A DNA stretch of 64,000 nucleotides, from the NCBI RefSeq assembly GCF_009914755.1, contig NC_060927.1; one strand, 5' to 3'. The translations under genes were made by a program, and so were the position numbers. The notes under the pieces are model-generated. The model was not told the DNA's origin. It made no database searches and was given only the letters and a program-made list of their open reading frames with translations. Each line of letters opens with the position of its first letter. The first letter of the stretch is position 1. Source of the DNA: the human T2T-CHM13v2.0 reference genome, Homo sapiens. This document shows positions 1 to 16,030 of the stretch, in pieces.

Positions 1-943
1 AGCTCGGACTGTGGGCCATGCCTCTCAGGCGGAAGTCACTGGAGGGTGATACAGGCTGGGTCTCTGTGTTCAGCATTAGATATCTGTTTGATAAATTAGT
101 CTTAACCTCTACCTTAACTCTAATCTGTGCCTGGACCATCAATTCAGACATTATTATGCTTTGTTTCTCCATGGATTTCTCCAAAGAAAGGGGCAATTGT
201 TCAGTAAAGTGGAGTGCAGGAGAGAATCTAGGGGGTTTAACTTCTTAAATCGTTTAAGAGTCTGACTCCATTTTTATCTTTGACTGCTGAGAGCTTTCAT
301 GCCCACCTCCTCCTTCCTCTTCTGCCTCATATTTGAGCAAGTTGGTAAGAAAGCTGGTGCTGCCCCCTGGACACAGCAGAAAGTTCAACCTATGTGGGGG
401 AGTGGATTTTCCCTCATCCAACCGCCTATCTATGATAAAAACCAAGTCTACTTATTCTCATTCTTGCTTTCGAAACGTTCTCAAGCTCATTCCAGACTAG
501 CCTGGGTGTTGTCCCACTATGTTTAGAAAGTTCCATGATGTAATACAATGTGTTCTCACCTCTTGGTGTGTACATGGCGTCATCAGTCAGGACGTCTCAC
601 CTATTAATTGGGAGGGGTTCATCCCACCTGCATTGGATGGCTGTAAGAAATAGATTTCCTATGAGGTTTTCTTATCTTAGTCTTTTTCTTTTTTTTCCAT
701 TACCAGTTCCAAAGCAGTTCCTATGTCTTTTGAGTACTATATGGTACAAGTTGGTGGACTTTCACATTTTCCCATTAACTACAGATTCATTTTCTTGGGT
801 CTACTAAGTCAGTTACTACTTGCCCATTTTTCTCTAGTTTCCAAATTTTTGCTGACTTTTTTGTTTGTTTGTTTGTTTGTTTTGACCTCACCTCTTTTTC
901 TGCTTTATCCATTTCTTAAAAAACAAAAACAATCCTTCCCATA

Positions 944-1256
944 GTGGGGGGGTCTGTGGTTGGGGGGCAGTGAGGTGGGGATGGTTAATGGAATAGAAAG
1001 AATGAATAAGACCTACTATTTGATAACACAACAGGGCGGCTATAGTCAATAACTTAATTGTACAATTTTAAGTAACTGAAAGAGTATAATTGGATTGTTT
1101 TTAACTCAAAGGATAATTGCTTGAGGGGATGGATACCCCTATTCTCCATGATGTGCTTATTTCACATGCATGCCTGTATCAAAACTTCTCATGTACCCCA
1201 TAAATATATATACCTACTGTGTACCCATAAAAATTTAAAAAATTTGAAAAGAAAAA
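944..1256 (+). mobile_element. L1 3' end fragment (L1MA-like)
   Basis: Typical L1M 3' UTR (aataagacctactatttgata...gtgcttatttcacatgcatgcctgtatcaaaac...tgtacccataaaaattt) with an A-rich tail. Similar flanks aaaacaatccttccc / aaaaatcccttccc suggest a TSD. Confidence 0.75.
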
Positions 1257-2974
1257 TCCCTTCCCTAAATTTTTATTGAGTTAAGGAGATAAGAAACAAA
1301 ATTATAAACATGTATTTAAGCTGCTGTCTTTACCCAGAAATCCTGAGTGGGCTCATCTCTTCACACCTTGTCAACAATGGGTGCTTTTCTCATTTATTTA
1401 GTAAATGGATTTCCCTGAAATCCGTACTATGTTCTAATTGCTTTGACAACTGAGATTATTCATATTATTGGATTCTGGTCTAAACTACTTGTTCATATAA
1501 CTAAAAGCCTAAAGGACAATTTCATGATTTGTGGCAGATTCTCACATTTAGCCATTTGGTTTACCCTAAATTTGCTTCCATTTTTTAGTAGTGCTCTATT
1601 GTAATGCAGATGGAAAACATCACAATGTTCTAGAAGGGAACTGAAATGAAAATGAATTATCTATACCTATCTCCACTCCACTTATGTAAGGGAAATTGAA
1701 AGATAATCACTTCATGGGTATCCATTTAAAATAAAAGCCACTTTTCTTTTCTTATTGCTTGTGAAAATTCAACCCATCTTTTGAACAAATTTAGCAGTGA
1801 TTTACAATTTTTGGTTAAAAATGCCAGACTTAAGATTTCAAAATGCACTCCTTTGTTAGAAAACAATGATTTCATCAAATGGTAACCCTACTTTGTCTTA
1901 ATAGTTAATTCACAGGTTGGTGAATCTATTTATTATTAAATGTAATTCAAAGGTTATTTTCACAGTAAAAGCATACAGATAAAAATTAGCCCCTTCTCAT
2001 AAATACCAGAGTCCTAGTCTCCCCTCTCAGAGGCAGTGGACTACATTAAATTTATTATTACATACGTTTTGAGAAATTATTTATGTGAATACAAGCATAT
2101 ATATGAATATGTAAGCTTTTTTCATATAACAAGAGCATTTTTGCTGTTCCATGCCTTATTTTATTAACTGTACATTTCTGAAGATTTGACTGTATCAGCA
2201 CATTTAGATCTTCCTTATACTTTTAATATTTTTGTGAAAATAGAATAAATACAGAGAAGTGCACAAAACATAGCTAAATGAATCAACACAAAACAAAAGC
2301 CCACAAGATAACCACCTGGTTTGCCAGGCAATCAAGCACTCCTAGGCTTTCACAAGGCTCCTTCATGTCCCCTCCAAGTCACTAACTTCTCTGTCTCTGT
2401 CAAAGGAAAATACTTTCTAGCTTCTAGCTTCTATGGTAATCCTGTCCTTGCTTTTCTTTAGTGTTATACCTAGGTGTACATCCTTAAACAGTACAGTTAA
2501 GTTTTGCCTGTTTTCAGAATGTCAGGTAATTCAAATCATACAGTAGGAGTTATTTTGTGTCTGACTTACTCCGTGCTTTCTATTCATCTCATCTATTCTA
2601 GGGCTTTTATATGCTCTAAATTTTTCCTTCTTTCTGGGCCTTGCTGCAAATTTGTAATTCTGTTTCTCCCCCTACCTCTTTAGAAGTTATGCATTCTATA
2701 GTTCTTTTACTTGTGAACCACCAAATTATGATATACTTCATTGGTTCTTAAAACCTTACATTAATTGGTATTTTATACTTTTCATGGGCAATGAAAAGAT
2801 TCTATATTCCTTTCAGACATCTCACTTTTTTTTAGCCCCTTCTAAAGTCTTAAGCCATTATTAGGTACTTTAATTCTGTCTTTAATCTGTATTTAAAATA
2901 TGAATGTCAGTGTGTTTTATTTATGTTTAAAATTTATATATTTAAAATCTTATTATTGTCATTAGTCTCATTTA

Positions 2975-4690
<1,716 letters not shown>

Positions 4691-5666
4691 TAGTCTACTT
4701 ATTTAAATTTGCCCTATATTCATAGCTCTTCATCCCTTCCTGAATTTGAGCTTCCACCTGGTATCATTTTCCTTCTGCCTGAAAAACATGCCTGTAGTAT
4801 TTCACTTAGTGCAGTTCTACTGGCTTCAAATTATGTTTTCTGTGTCTGAGAATTATTTCACTTTATTCTTGAAATATTTTTGCTACAATTTTGGGTTGGA
4901 AGTTATAATTTGGGGGTTGCAATTTTGGGTTGGAAGTCCTTTTCTTTGATCACTTAGAATAAATTTTTCTCTCATCTTTGGCTTCTATTACCTGTGTTTA
5001 AAAGTCAGGTATTTGCCTAATTGTTGCTCTTTTGAAGGCAACCTGCCTTTTTTGTTGTGCCTTCTGACTGCTTTAAAAGTTACTTTCTCTTTGGTTTTTA
5101 ACATTTTTGGTGAGGTACCTGGTTGTTTATCTTGTTTGAGGTTTATAGGGCTTCTTGAATCTGTGAATTAATGTCTTTCAGTTTTGGAAAATTGTCCTTC
5201 ATTATTTCTTCAAATAATTCCTACACATTCTCCTTTCTTTTTCCTAGGATTTCACTTATGCTTTCTCACTGTGTCCTCTGTTTCTCATCTTTCTTTCTAA
5301 TGTTCCATCCTTTTGTTTCTCTTTGCTTCATTCTGAATACTTTCTTACAGATCAATATCCAGGGTACTGGTTCTCTTTAACTGTCTAGTCAGCTGTTAAA
5401 TCAATCTATTGTTGCTAATTTCACTTATTTCCCAGTTCTTGTAGTTTCTGTTTGGTTCTTTATCATGGTTTTCAGCTCTCTGCCAAAATTCTCTATCTTG
5501 TCTTGTCTCTTTGAACAAAAAAAGTATGGTTAAATTCTATATCTAAAAACTAACATCTGAAGTGCATGCGAGTTTTATTTTCAGTTATCTGTTTGATTGT
5601 TTTCTTGTCTCTGAGTGCCTGGCTATTTTTTACTGTGTGTCATTGTATTTGCAAAAATGTTGTAGA

Positions 5667-6018
<352 letters not shown>

Positions 6019-6084
6019 TTATTTTACTGGTCATCTGGGGCATTGATACTCTGGAATCACCTTAATCTAATTTTATCCACACAG

Positions 6085-6162
6085 CATGTAGGAGAATACT
6101 AACCCTGCACAGATTGTGATGGTGATGTGGAATATACTAAAGCCTAGAACGCACCTCCTCTG
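6085..6162 (+). other. HHLA2: HHLA2 5' UTR exon (78 nt)
   Basis: Acceptor ttttatccacacag and strong donor CTG|gtaagt. The junction ...cctcctctg|catgactaatatg matches my recollection of the HHLA2 mRNA leader. Confidence 0.7.
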
Positions 6163-7164
6163 GTAAGTAGGGAGATATACAATGAGGTTCCAGTATTATC
6201 TGTGCAGCTATTTATTTGAAAATTACTGCATGACCAGGAAACATTTTAATTGCTTTGCAAATATTATTAACATAATTCTTATAACAGTGATTTGGAGGTG
6301 AATATTATTATCCCTGTTACTAGATGTGAAACTGAGGCAAAAAGGAGTTAGGTAACTTGGACAACAGTACACAGCTTTAAATAGACCTGGGCTTTGAATC
6401 CAAGTAGTAAGAGATGATGCTGTTGAGGTGAATTTAGACTTTGCACACTATATTATTCTGAGAAATGGTAAATTTTGGAATTATGGGGGAGGGCAGTTAG
6501 GAGTGGCGTTTTTTACTTTGTCTTATGACTATAAATTTTAAACTGCATTATCTATGTGCTACTTTGATAGTGGTGCTGGGGTGTTCAGGAGAAAATTGCA
6601 GTAGTAGTTGTTATATAGGGAAGGGAACATGCCAGGAAAGATCTCAATTTGTGTTCACTCATTGCTGCAGTTCAGAATTGGGAGGAGGCGGAATTGTGGA
6701 TTAAGTATGGGGTCTCTAAAGACTCTTTTGCACTGAGAGCAGCAAGTATGAAGAAATTACATCTTAGAATCAGAGTTTGTGCTGGATTCATGCGTGGGAT
6801 TTGTTGATTGTGTTTCTCTCCACAATGACTGCTCAGGCTGCTTCAGCATGAACAGTTGGCTCAGTACCCAGAGAGTGTTTGATTAGCTAAGTTAGGATGC
6901 AAAAAGCCACACACTATAGAGGAAATTTACCCTGGAATAAATGTAGATCATTTAGTCAAATTGCTATGTTCTCAGCATGTTAAGACTTCCCTGTAAGAAA
7001 GTGCCACAGGAGCTTTCTTAGAAGTACAAGTAAACAGAACTTACTTTCCAGGAAACCTGAAAAGCATGACCTAACATGTGATTCAGGATCAGCCAACATG
7101 GCCTTGGAGGAAAAGAGCCCCTAAAAAAAGAAACGTCCTGACTGAGTCGTGAAACTGATCCTAT

Positions 7165-8715
7165 AGGGGGTTTTATGAGTCAAAACTCTTGGTTGCAAAT
7201 GACAGAAATCAGATTGAAGCCTAATCAGAGGCATCAAAGTAGGGGAGGGGTGGGCAGCACAAATTACTGTCTTTGGCTTGACTGCATTGCATATTGGTAT
7301 AAATTTGTGCTTGCTGGAGTTGGACAGAGACCCAAAATGTTTTCAGCGGGTCTAAATATACTTCAAAGATTCTGAACTTAAAGGGGAGTGGAGGAATGTA
7401 TTGGCTCATGATACTGGGAACAGGCATGGCACTAATTCACAACTGACTGGGTCCGGTCCAGAGGCTGAAAAATTACCACTGCTGATCTTGCATCATCAAC
7501 CACTCTTGATGTCTGCCCCTCTCTTTGTGGGCGTGTTAACTTCTGCTGCACCTGTGCTTCTTCCGTATTGCTATGGAAGAGGGACACAGGCATCTTTCAC
7601 TCTTCCTAGATTAGTCAGCCCTGGGTCAGGTATTTATGAACAATCTACTACTGCATAACATATTACTCTAAAAATTAGCATCTTAAGACAAACATTTATC
7701 ATCTCAGTTTCTGAGGGACAGGAATCTGGGAGCAGCTTAGCTGGGTCATTCTGACTCAGGGTCTTTAATGGGGTTGCAGTTAAGATATTGCCCAGGGTGT
7801 CCATCATCTGAAGGAGCTGGAGAAAATGCTTCCAAACTCATTCATGTGGCTGCTGGTGGGAGGATTCAGTGCCTTGCCATATGGGCTCTCTGTGGGGCCA
7901 TTCACACAGCACAGCAGCTGATCTCTTCAAGAGTGAGTGATCAGAGAGTGAAAGAAACCAAAATGGAAGCCACAGTGTCTTTTATAACCTCATATCAGAA
8001 GTGACATATCATAATTTCTGCTGTATTCTATTGGTTATACAGACCAGCCCTGGTACAGTGTGGGAAAGGACTATACAAGAGTCTGGATACCAGGAAGTGA
8101 TCATCAGAGGCTGTGGTAGGACCACTGCAGGCAGAACTCTAAGGCGGCCCCCAAGATTCTTGCCCCCAATGTACACACTATGTAATTCTCTCCCTTTTAA
8201 TGTGGGCTGCACCTGTGAATATGATTGGATAGTCACTGCTTTAATACGGTTACCTTTCATAACAAAGGTAAAGGAATTTTGCAGATACAATTAGCAATAG
8301 CAATAGATTTTTGAGTTAACCACAAAAGAGATTATTTGGGTGGCCCTGACCAAGTCCAGTGAGTCCTTTAGCAGAGACTCAAAGACTTAAAGCAGTGGCC
8401 CCTGATGGCCTTGAAGAAAGAAACTGGGATGATGTGAAATGGTGGGTGTCTCTAGGGTCTGAGGGCCTCAGTGCTACCGCTGCAAGGAACTGAATTCTGC
8501 CAACAACAAGTGAGCTTGGAAGGGGATCCCAAGCCTCAGATGAGACTGGAACCCTGGCTGACAGCTGGACGGCAGCCTGGTAAAAACCCTGAGTGGAGGA
8601 CCAAGCTGAGCTGTGCCAAGATGCCTAACCCACAGAGATAGTAAGATAATAAATGTATGCCATTTACCTGCTAAACTTAGGGCATTTCGTTATTCAGCAT
8701 ATAAACATATATAAT
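7165..8715. mobile_element. Cluster of ancient MaLR LTRs (MLT1-type; about three adjacent pieces)
   Basis: MLT1-like motifs: ttggttgcaaatgacagaaatc (~7190); catttatcatctcagtttctgagggacaggaatctgggagcagcttagctgg (~7692); gaactgaattctgccaacaac...gtaagataataaatgtatg (8487-8660). Boundaries approximate. Confidence 0.65.
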
Positions 8716-8956
8716 GCCTGCTTGTGAAAGATAAGGGTTAGGTGAAGGTCTTCTCTGTCCATATTTCCTCAAATTGTGAATTGTGGCGAGGTCCCCAAGG
8801 AAAGAAAGTGCTGTTAGAGGGACAAGGGGAATGCAAAGGCTGCTAGGCAAACAGTCTACAGCTGCCGCAGTTTATTAGGGTGTTTCAAACCTGGGCATCC
8901 CACCCGGTTCGAGAATATGTCATCAAGCAAACAGTGCTCTCCATTGCCGTCTAGAA

Positions 8957-9085
8957 CATTGTTCTCAAAATGTGGTCTGTGTACAACCAGTGATGGAACT
9001 CTCTGGAGTGTTTGTTAAAATGCAGGCTCCTAGGTCTCACTCCAGATATATTGACTCAATCTCTATGGGGATTTGTATTTTTATT
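8957..9085. mobile_element. MER5-type hAT-Charlie MITE fragment
   Basis: gttctcaaaatgtggtc...ttgttaaaatgcaggctcctaggtctcactccaga is characteristic of MER5A/B. Confidence 0.6.
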
Positions 9086-9979
9086 TATCATTTCATAGTT
9101 TTTATATTTTGAAGATTTTTCAAAATCAAAAAAAGTTGAAGGAAACAGAAGTGTGAGCATTTGTTTGCCTCTCACTGAGGTTCATCCATTGTTAATATTT
9201 TATCCCATTTTCTCCTCATATACATATTTATGTGTATAATTTTATTGCAGAACCATTTGAAAGTAAGTCACAGTAATCATGACATTTCACCCCTAAACAC
9301 TTTAGTACACATAGCCTACAAATAAAAACTACCTCATATAATCACATGCCCTTCTCACACTGTAGAAATGAAACATTGATGTATTAGATAAAATACAGTG
9401 AAATTTTTCCAATAGGCCTCAAAATGCCCTTTGGAGTATTGCTTCTCAAAATTTGATCCTTGGACTTGTAGTATAGCACCAGCATATTTTAATAAGAACC
9501 CAGTGAATGACAAGCACACCCATTTGCCCTGTAGCAAGTTTTTGATTGAAGATCTAATCAAAGATTGTATTACATCTGGCTATCAAAGTTTTCTTTACTC
9601 TTTACCATCTCTGAGCTAGAATAGTCCATTTTTTCCCTATTCTTCCTTCCTCTGCTGCCTGCCTCCCCCTCCCCATTCTACCTTGATGAAAACAATCATG
9701 AAATTTTAAAACACTCTCATGCTTTTGAAACTAACCACATAAAGTTGTATAAGTGCTTAATGACTGGTACAAGCAAGATGGAGAGGAATCTTGTGGCAAG
9801 CGAGATCACTAAAAGTTGACAGATTTCATGAAAGACGTGGCATTTCTGTAGATCTTAAAATTGTAGACCACGTTAGTTTCTTTTGACTAACTAGTCTAGG
9901 AAACAAAGGACATTCACTTTAAAAGGTAAGCTGGAGCCAACTGAGGAATTTGGTTCAAAAGCAATCAAAATTTTAATTT

Positions 9980-10039
9980 TTAAAAATAATTTCCAGACTC
10001 AGAAAAATGTTAAAAATAATTTCCAGACTCAGAAAAATG
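9980..10039. repeat. Perfect 2 x 30-bp tandem duplication
   Basis: ttaaaaataatttccagactcagaaaaatg repeated twice, head to tail. Confidence 0.95.
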
Positions 10040-11204
10040 GAGGCTACTTAACTGGGCACAGTTACCTCCAGGCGGTGGGACTAGTGAGTTCCAATATTTT
10101 AGTGTATTTTATGTAATTCCTTTGCAAAAAGGCATTATTGTAAAATTCTGACTTGCATTATAAATTTCATATGAAAATTTTCCATAACAGTAAAAATCCA
10201 GCATTAAAAATCATTTCATAAATAATGTACATTTGCATATCATAGTTTTCTTTCTTCCCTGTCATTGGACATTTAAGTTGCTTCCAAATCTTCACTGCAA
10301 TAAGAAGCCTGTTCATACAATTATTACTTCTCTGATTATTATAACAGAGTCCTAACAGTAGAGTTGCTGAGACAAAGCTTACAATAGACTCAAACTGGAG
10401 TGTGTGCCCAACTCATGCAAATTCATTTGCAGGCTCTGATAGTGCCATCATTCTCAGTCTTAACCCTGACCGTTCTGAGCCAGTAATAGAATATCTAGAT
10501 TCAAGTTGGGTGAAAAGAAACCTGGAAAGCTGACATACAAACAGGGAACTCTCAGGTGAGGATCTGGTGCAAAGATATCAGGCTTCTAAGCTGGGTTTTG
10601 ATGTTGCTTCTCCTGTTCCTCTCCTTCCTGAAGCTGGTTTATGTAGCCCTTCCTTAGGTTGTGTGAGCAACCTTAGAATCCTTCCCTCAAAACTCCATGG
10701 TTTGCTTGTTATTCTGGGTTCCTTTCTGTTGCCAACAAAAAAAGAAACCCCCAAATAATATTGATGGTGGATTGTATATGATAGACACCTATAGAAAGGT
10801 AATATTTGGAATTAGCCATTGGACTTCATTGGAGTAAAAGGCAGTAAGGCTCCTTTCTGCATTCTGGTGCAGAAATTTAAGAGCTCATGGTAAGTGATGG
10901 CCAAACAGCTAGTACATCTATCACCCTCAGGCAACTGGGCATCTCTTTGGAAGTGAAACTTCAGGTGTCTGGATAGCTGATACCAAAACGAAGAGAATGG
11001 AGGCTGATGAAGCATCCCGACTTCATAAATTATGTGGCTAATTCTGGTCCAGAGTCACATAGTCATTAAGTAGAGGTGACGTGATTCAAACCCACACAAT
11101 CTCATGTCATAACCTTAATTCTCAACCACTTCTTTTTATTCCCTTGCAAAAAGCAGCAAAGTCTCTTTTATATGAAAAGAAGTGAATGCCAATGGCTCTT
11201 ACCC

Positions 11205-11367
11205 ATAGAGTTGTCAGATTTAGCAATTAAAAATACAAGATTCCCAGTTAAATTTGAATTTCAGTATAAGTATGTCTGAGGGCTAGGATATTCTTGTACT
11301 AAAAAATTATTAGTTTATCTGAATTCAAATTCAACTGGACATCCTGGATTTTATCTTGCAACCCTAT
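11205..11367. mobile_element. MER53-like palindromic hAT MITE
   Basis: Terminal inverted ends atagagttg(t)cagat... / ...atcttgcaaccctat and internal ccagttaaatttgaatt / aattcaaattcaactgg. Confidence 0.7.
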
Positions 11368-12469
11368 GTGGTCCAACCCTATATGTCTTTTCAGTGTTGC
11401 TCTCTCAGTAACCAAAAAAAAAAAAAAAAAAAAATTAATTTAAATTCAGCACATACATGCCTCAGAGGATAGAGAGGAAAAAAACTTTTTAAGAGGAAAT
11501 TTTAGAAATTCAGATCTCGCTGAAATCATTGCTATAGTACTCACCAGTTAGTCTGTATTCAATGAGCTAGCCTAGGCAGCCAGCTTTAATTTCAAGTTTG
11601 ATGGCCTGATGAGTGCAAACCATTGCTGAATGCTGTCCTACGCTAGATGACATTGAATTCCTTCCCCTTCATTATGCTGGGGTCTTTTTGGCTCAAAAGA
11701 TTGTAAGAGCTAGTATTGATTTGGACACATGTATCTGTGTGTCTCTGACCCACCTATCTCTCATTCTGTTCTGCTTCAGGACCCAGAAGAATCTTTTCTT
11801 CCCATGGGAAGTAAATTGCGAAGGCAGGCCACAGAATCCTTTAAAATGCACATTACTGTTCTTCATAGGCCAAGACTGTGAAGTGGGAGGGTGCAATGAA
11901 AATGGGGTTTCTAAATGAGCAGAGTTAGGAGGAGTCATGCTGAAAACAGGCAACTGGAGACTCCAAGTGGGTGTAGTCACAGATCCAAAGGCAATGCAAT
12001 AATCAGGGCTCAGGAAATGGTCAGAGAAGCAGAAGTCTCTGGCTTAGATTAAACATGGAATCTTTGGGAACCAAATTGATGAGCCAGCTTTTAAGGTCTG
12101 TGTTTCAGTTTTACTTTTTGATACAAAACAAAACCCAAAACTTTCATTGCCCAAGTGTCATCAGTGCTGTATCAATGCTGAGAAACTAGATGGGAATAAG
12201 GTACGAGTATCTGCATGTATATCGTTCAGTCCTTTGAAAATAGCCTAGGATGTGGTGTTGCTTCTGATCAACTATTTTAAATGTATGAGGTAAACAAATT
12301 ACTGCCACTTGGCTCTCCTATTGTAATAGACTTTTTGAAAAAGGATGGGGAGCTAATTTGTGGATTCAGAAAGTTGCCAAGGATAGACATCCATCCCTAT
12401 TATATACTCAGAGACAAATGTTTTAATTATATCCCACAAGGCCTATTATGAGTCACTTTAACTGACGCA

Positions 12470-15400
12470 CAGGTATAATCTATCCAGGAAAATAGTATCC
12501 ACCAAGTATTTGCAACAGAGGGGATTTAATTCAGGGAACTGGCAAATGAAATCAAAGATGGTGAGGAGTGCAGGTAACAGCAGAACGTCACTTTCATGCT
12601 GGAAGGATGCTATGGGATCCCAGGGGTGAGGTCACCTTATGGAAGCTGGAATGGCAGATCTGCCCATCAGGAGCTTGAGTCATGGAAAAGATGGAGCTGG
12701 TGCCAGAAAAGCTGTCCAGCATATCATGACTTAATCAGGTGGTGATTCTCACTGCAACTGCTGTTCCATATGTTGTCCCCTCATTGGAGCAAATTAATGC
12801 AGTGACTAAGGCAGATCTGAATACTGAATGATTCCTGTGGCAAATCCTAACAGAATTGCAATAAAAGTTTCTAGATCTTGGAGAAAGGCTTTGCTCCCTT
12901 TAGCAAGTAATTAATTATTCTTTTCAGAAAATGTATCTGAGTGAGTCAGTATACAGTGCATGAAGATGTTTGAGTTTTAGATTCTATGATCAGGGATCCA
13001 GGATCCACAAGAAAGACAGGGACAAAGTTGAATGTGCCTGGCCACATTCCATCAAACCCCTAAAGAATAAATGAGTTGCATGAGCAGATTGTTTACATGC
13101 CCACTGAGCCCACCATACTGCTGTTTCATCCACAACCTGTGCTTGTGGCCTCATGGGGAGTCCCTTTAACAAGCTATTGAGTACAAAGGATGACTTTTCA
13201 GGATAACAACTACCACTGACTATAAGTAGATTTTGCAGCTTTAGAGTCTCTGACAGGGCTAACCCTAAAAGACGATGGAGAAGGGAAAGCCTCCCATTAG
13301 GTAGAATGTTGGGTAATACATGTCATTGTAACTTTACCTGAATGAAGATGAGGCCTAAAGTCAGGCTCTGTAACAAGTTCTTGGGCATGTTGGTCAAGAA
13401 CATAGAAGAAGATTGACTATACAATTAAGAAAAAGGATGCAATCATGGAACATTCAATGGATCCAGAACATGAGACAGTTAAGGAGTGTGTTGAGCAAGC
13501 ATGAAAAGGAGGCTGAACTGACCTGACGGTATGAATGCGTATTCATGTGATTGACAGCTGCTGCTTCGGACTTTCTGATGAGCATCCAGATAGAACATGA
13601 CTGAGGCAGCCACAAAAGTAGTGATAGGGGCTTTGTACAGACTCCACCACACAGTCTTTCCCTCATCAAAGCAGACCATGCTAATACAGTAGCTGAGTGA
13701 TCCATTTGTCAACCTTAGAGACCAGCCCACATCTCTGATATGGCATCATACCTAGTAAACACAGTGAACTCCTTGTTGTATTATATCTAGTTGCTCTCAT
13801 TATGGAAGGGAACAGCATTCTCTTTTCCTACTTCCTCCCTGTTGTGCCCCTGCCAGTACTACCAATTATGAACTTTCCAAATGCTTCATACACTATCTTG
13901 TTATCCCACCCAAATTGGCTATGAGGGGAGTTATTTGATCAAAAAGAAAGAATAAAGGCAATGGACTAATTAAAATGTAATTCACTGTTTTATGTTCCCT
14001 ATTTATGAAGTAGTTAGCCTTATGACATTGTGCAATGGTCACTAAAGACAGCACCGCAATCTCACAGGGGATCTTCTTCCATCTGATGATGTAGCTACTT
14101 TGTAGACCACTGGTTAGGCACTGAACTAGTGTTTGAAATAAGAAATACTTTCCCCACAATTAAAAGACATGGATCTAGGAACCAAGGAGTGAGGAGGGAC
14201 TGATGTGTCTAACAATGATAACTAATTAACCTATTCCCAAAATTTTTACTTGCTGTCCTTCTTAGGGTGACCCATCTCTTGTTAGTACTTAAGGAATGCT
14301 TTCATCATGTAATATATACTGTGATTCTTCTAAATTGGAAGCTAAAACTGGTAATTTGGGCTCTTCCTGCTAGGGGACAACAAATGGCAGAAAGTGGGAT
14401 ACTGTGTTGGCTGAGGTGACTGACCTTGCCTAGTAAGGGGAGATGCAATACTGCTGTACAACTAGATCTAAGAGGAATGTGAAAGGAACTCTGTGGATCC
14501 TTACTTTTCCTCATGTGCTCAGTGGCAAAGATTAATCAAAGATGATTGCCCTTCTATGCACAAGACCACTAGGAACTGGAACAGCGCAAGAACCAAGGTT
14601 CAGGTTATTCCATTAAAAAAAAAAAAATGAGGGGCCGGCCAAAGGTAAGGAGATTACATTATGGGTAATATCAAAGAGAATACCTAATACCAGTTCTGGG
14701 TTCTGGCTTGGGGATAAATGGCAGAAAGATCTGTTTCCTTGCTTGATGTGTCATGACTTAGCGCAAAATATTTTCTCTCCATATTTTACACACAGTGTGC
14801 TGGTGGTGGTAAAGTATGCCTTTTGGACCAGAGGTTGAAGCGGATTTGAGGGGAAATGGCATTTCCAAGAGTAGTACTATTCAAAGTGGGGGGTCTGCAG
14901 ACTGATGCTGGTGTGTGAACTGTTTATTACTGGTTCATGATGAGAGAAATGCAGAACTAGAGTATTTAAAATTATGCTGTCAAGGTGGCATTAACATTTC
15001 TATGCCTATTGTATATACTAATAAAAACTGAGGCTTGCATTTGATGTTAATTTCATTTTTCTAGCAATTCATTTTTATTACATTTTCCCAATGAATTTGT
15101 CCATGACAGATTAGAAACAAAAGTTTACTGCCGCTTTGCTACTTATAGTTTGAGAAACACTGATCTTAATGAGCAGTGGCCTTGTGAAATATATTGTAAC
15201 TCCCAGATGCAGCAGCTGTGGGTAACTTTGGTCGCTTGCCACTGTGAAGATGAGTGAGCTTGCCATGGTTCATAGAGTATTTAGGTGGGTTAGGTGGAGG
15301 TATCTTTGTCTATGTGGAATCTATGTGTTTGTACCGTCAAAGTTGAATGAATAGAAATATACCAATGAGTTAACTGAGCAGCTTATATCTTGATGTCCTC

Positions 15401-15720
15401 CCTTAATCACTGGATGTCCTAGTCATGGCCAACTTTCCCAAGAGTGGAAATACATAACGAAAGCTCACCCTCCCCAGAAACTTTAGAAGGTGGAACAGAG
15501 ACCTATCCAGGTGGAATTTGATTGGAACTGAGTCACTGTATGACAGAACCCAGGAAGTGTCCAGGGTTCCTGTGTTGACTTTCTTGGAATTGTCTGGGCC
15601 TTTGCTCTTTTTGGTGCTTGGTCATTCTTCCTTGAGTTCTGGAGTTACCAGTGTCCTTCTAATTTCCTTCTTGCTTATGTCCTAAACCTATTTGTTGCTT
15701 GTCACTAAACTCACCTTAAA
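12470..15720 (+). mobile_element. Highly degenerate ERVL/MaLR-like LTR plus internal remnants, with a nested hAT fragment
   Basis: Scattered resemblance to ERVL internal sequence (e.g. ccagcccacatctctgatatggcatcatacc, tgcccctgccagtactacc). No intact ORF; boundaries uncertain. Confidence 0.35.
14870..15162. mobile_element. hAT-Charlie (Charlie4-like) fragment
   Basis: Ends resemble Charlie TIRs (agtagtactattcaaagt... / ...tttgagaaacactg). Confidence 0.5.
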
Positions 15721-15864
15721 TGATACAAAAGGTCTTGCAATTTTAAAGGCATTTGAAAAATATCACCAAGTTACTTTCTAGGAACTTAATTATCAGTGTA
15801 TGGCCTCACCAATAATATAAGCCACTGTCTCCAGGTATTTTTCTCAGAACTGAATATAAAATGT

Positions 15865-16030
15865 ATATAAGTGTATGTACAAACGCACACACACATATGT
15901 ATATATGTAGCGATACCTGTCTATATATATAGAAATATATATCATAGATATCTAAATTTGATATCTATGTATCATATATCATAGATATATAGATTTGATA
16001 TCTATATATCAAAGATATATATATATATCT
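15865..16030. repeat. (TA)n/(CA)n low-complexity microsatellite region
   Basis: Runs of tatata, cacaca and gatatcta. Confidence 0.85.

Noticed and set aside
9900-10560. Donor-like sites (aag|gtaagc ~9925, cag|gtgagg ~10555) as extra HHLA2 UTR exons
   Set aside because: No matching acceptor or transcript evidence can be established from sequence alone.
11205-11367. Hairpin as a possible miRNA precursor
   Set aside because: Explained by the palindromic MER53-like MITE structure.
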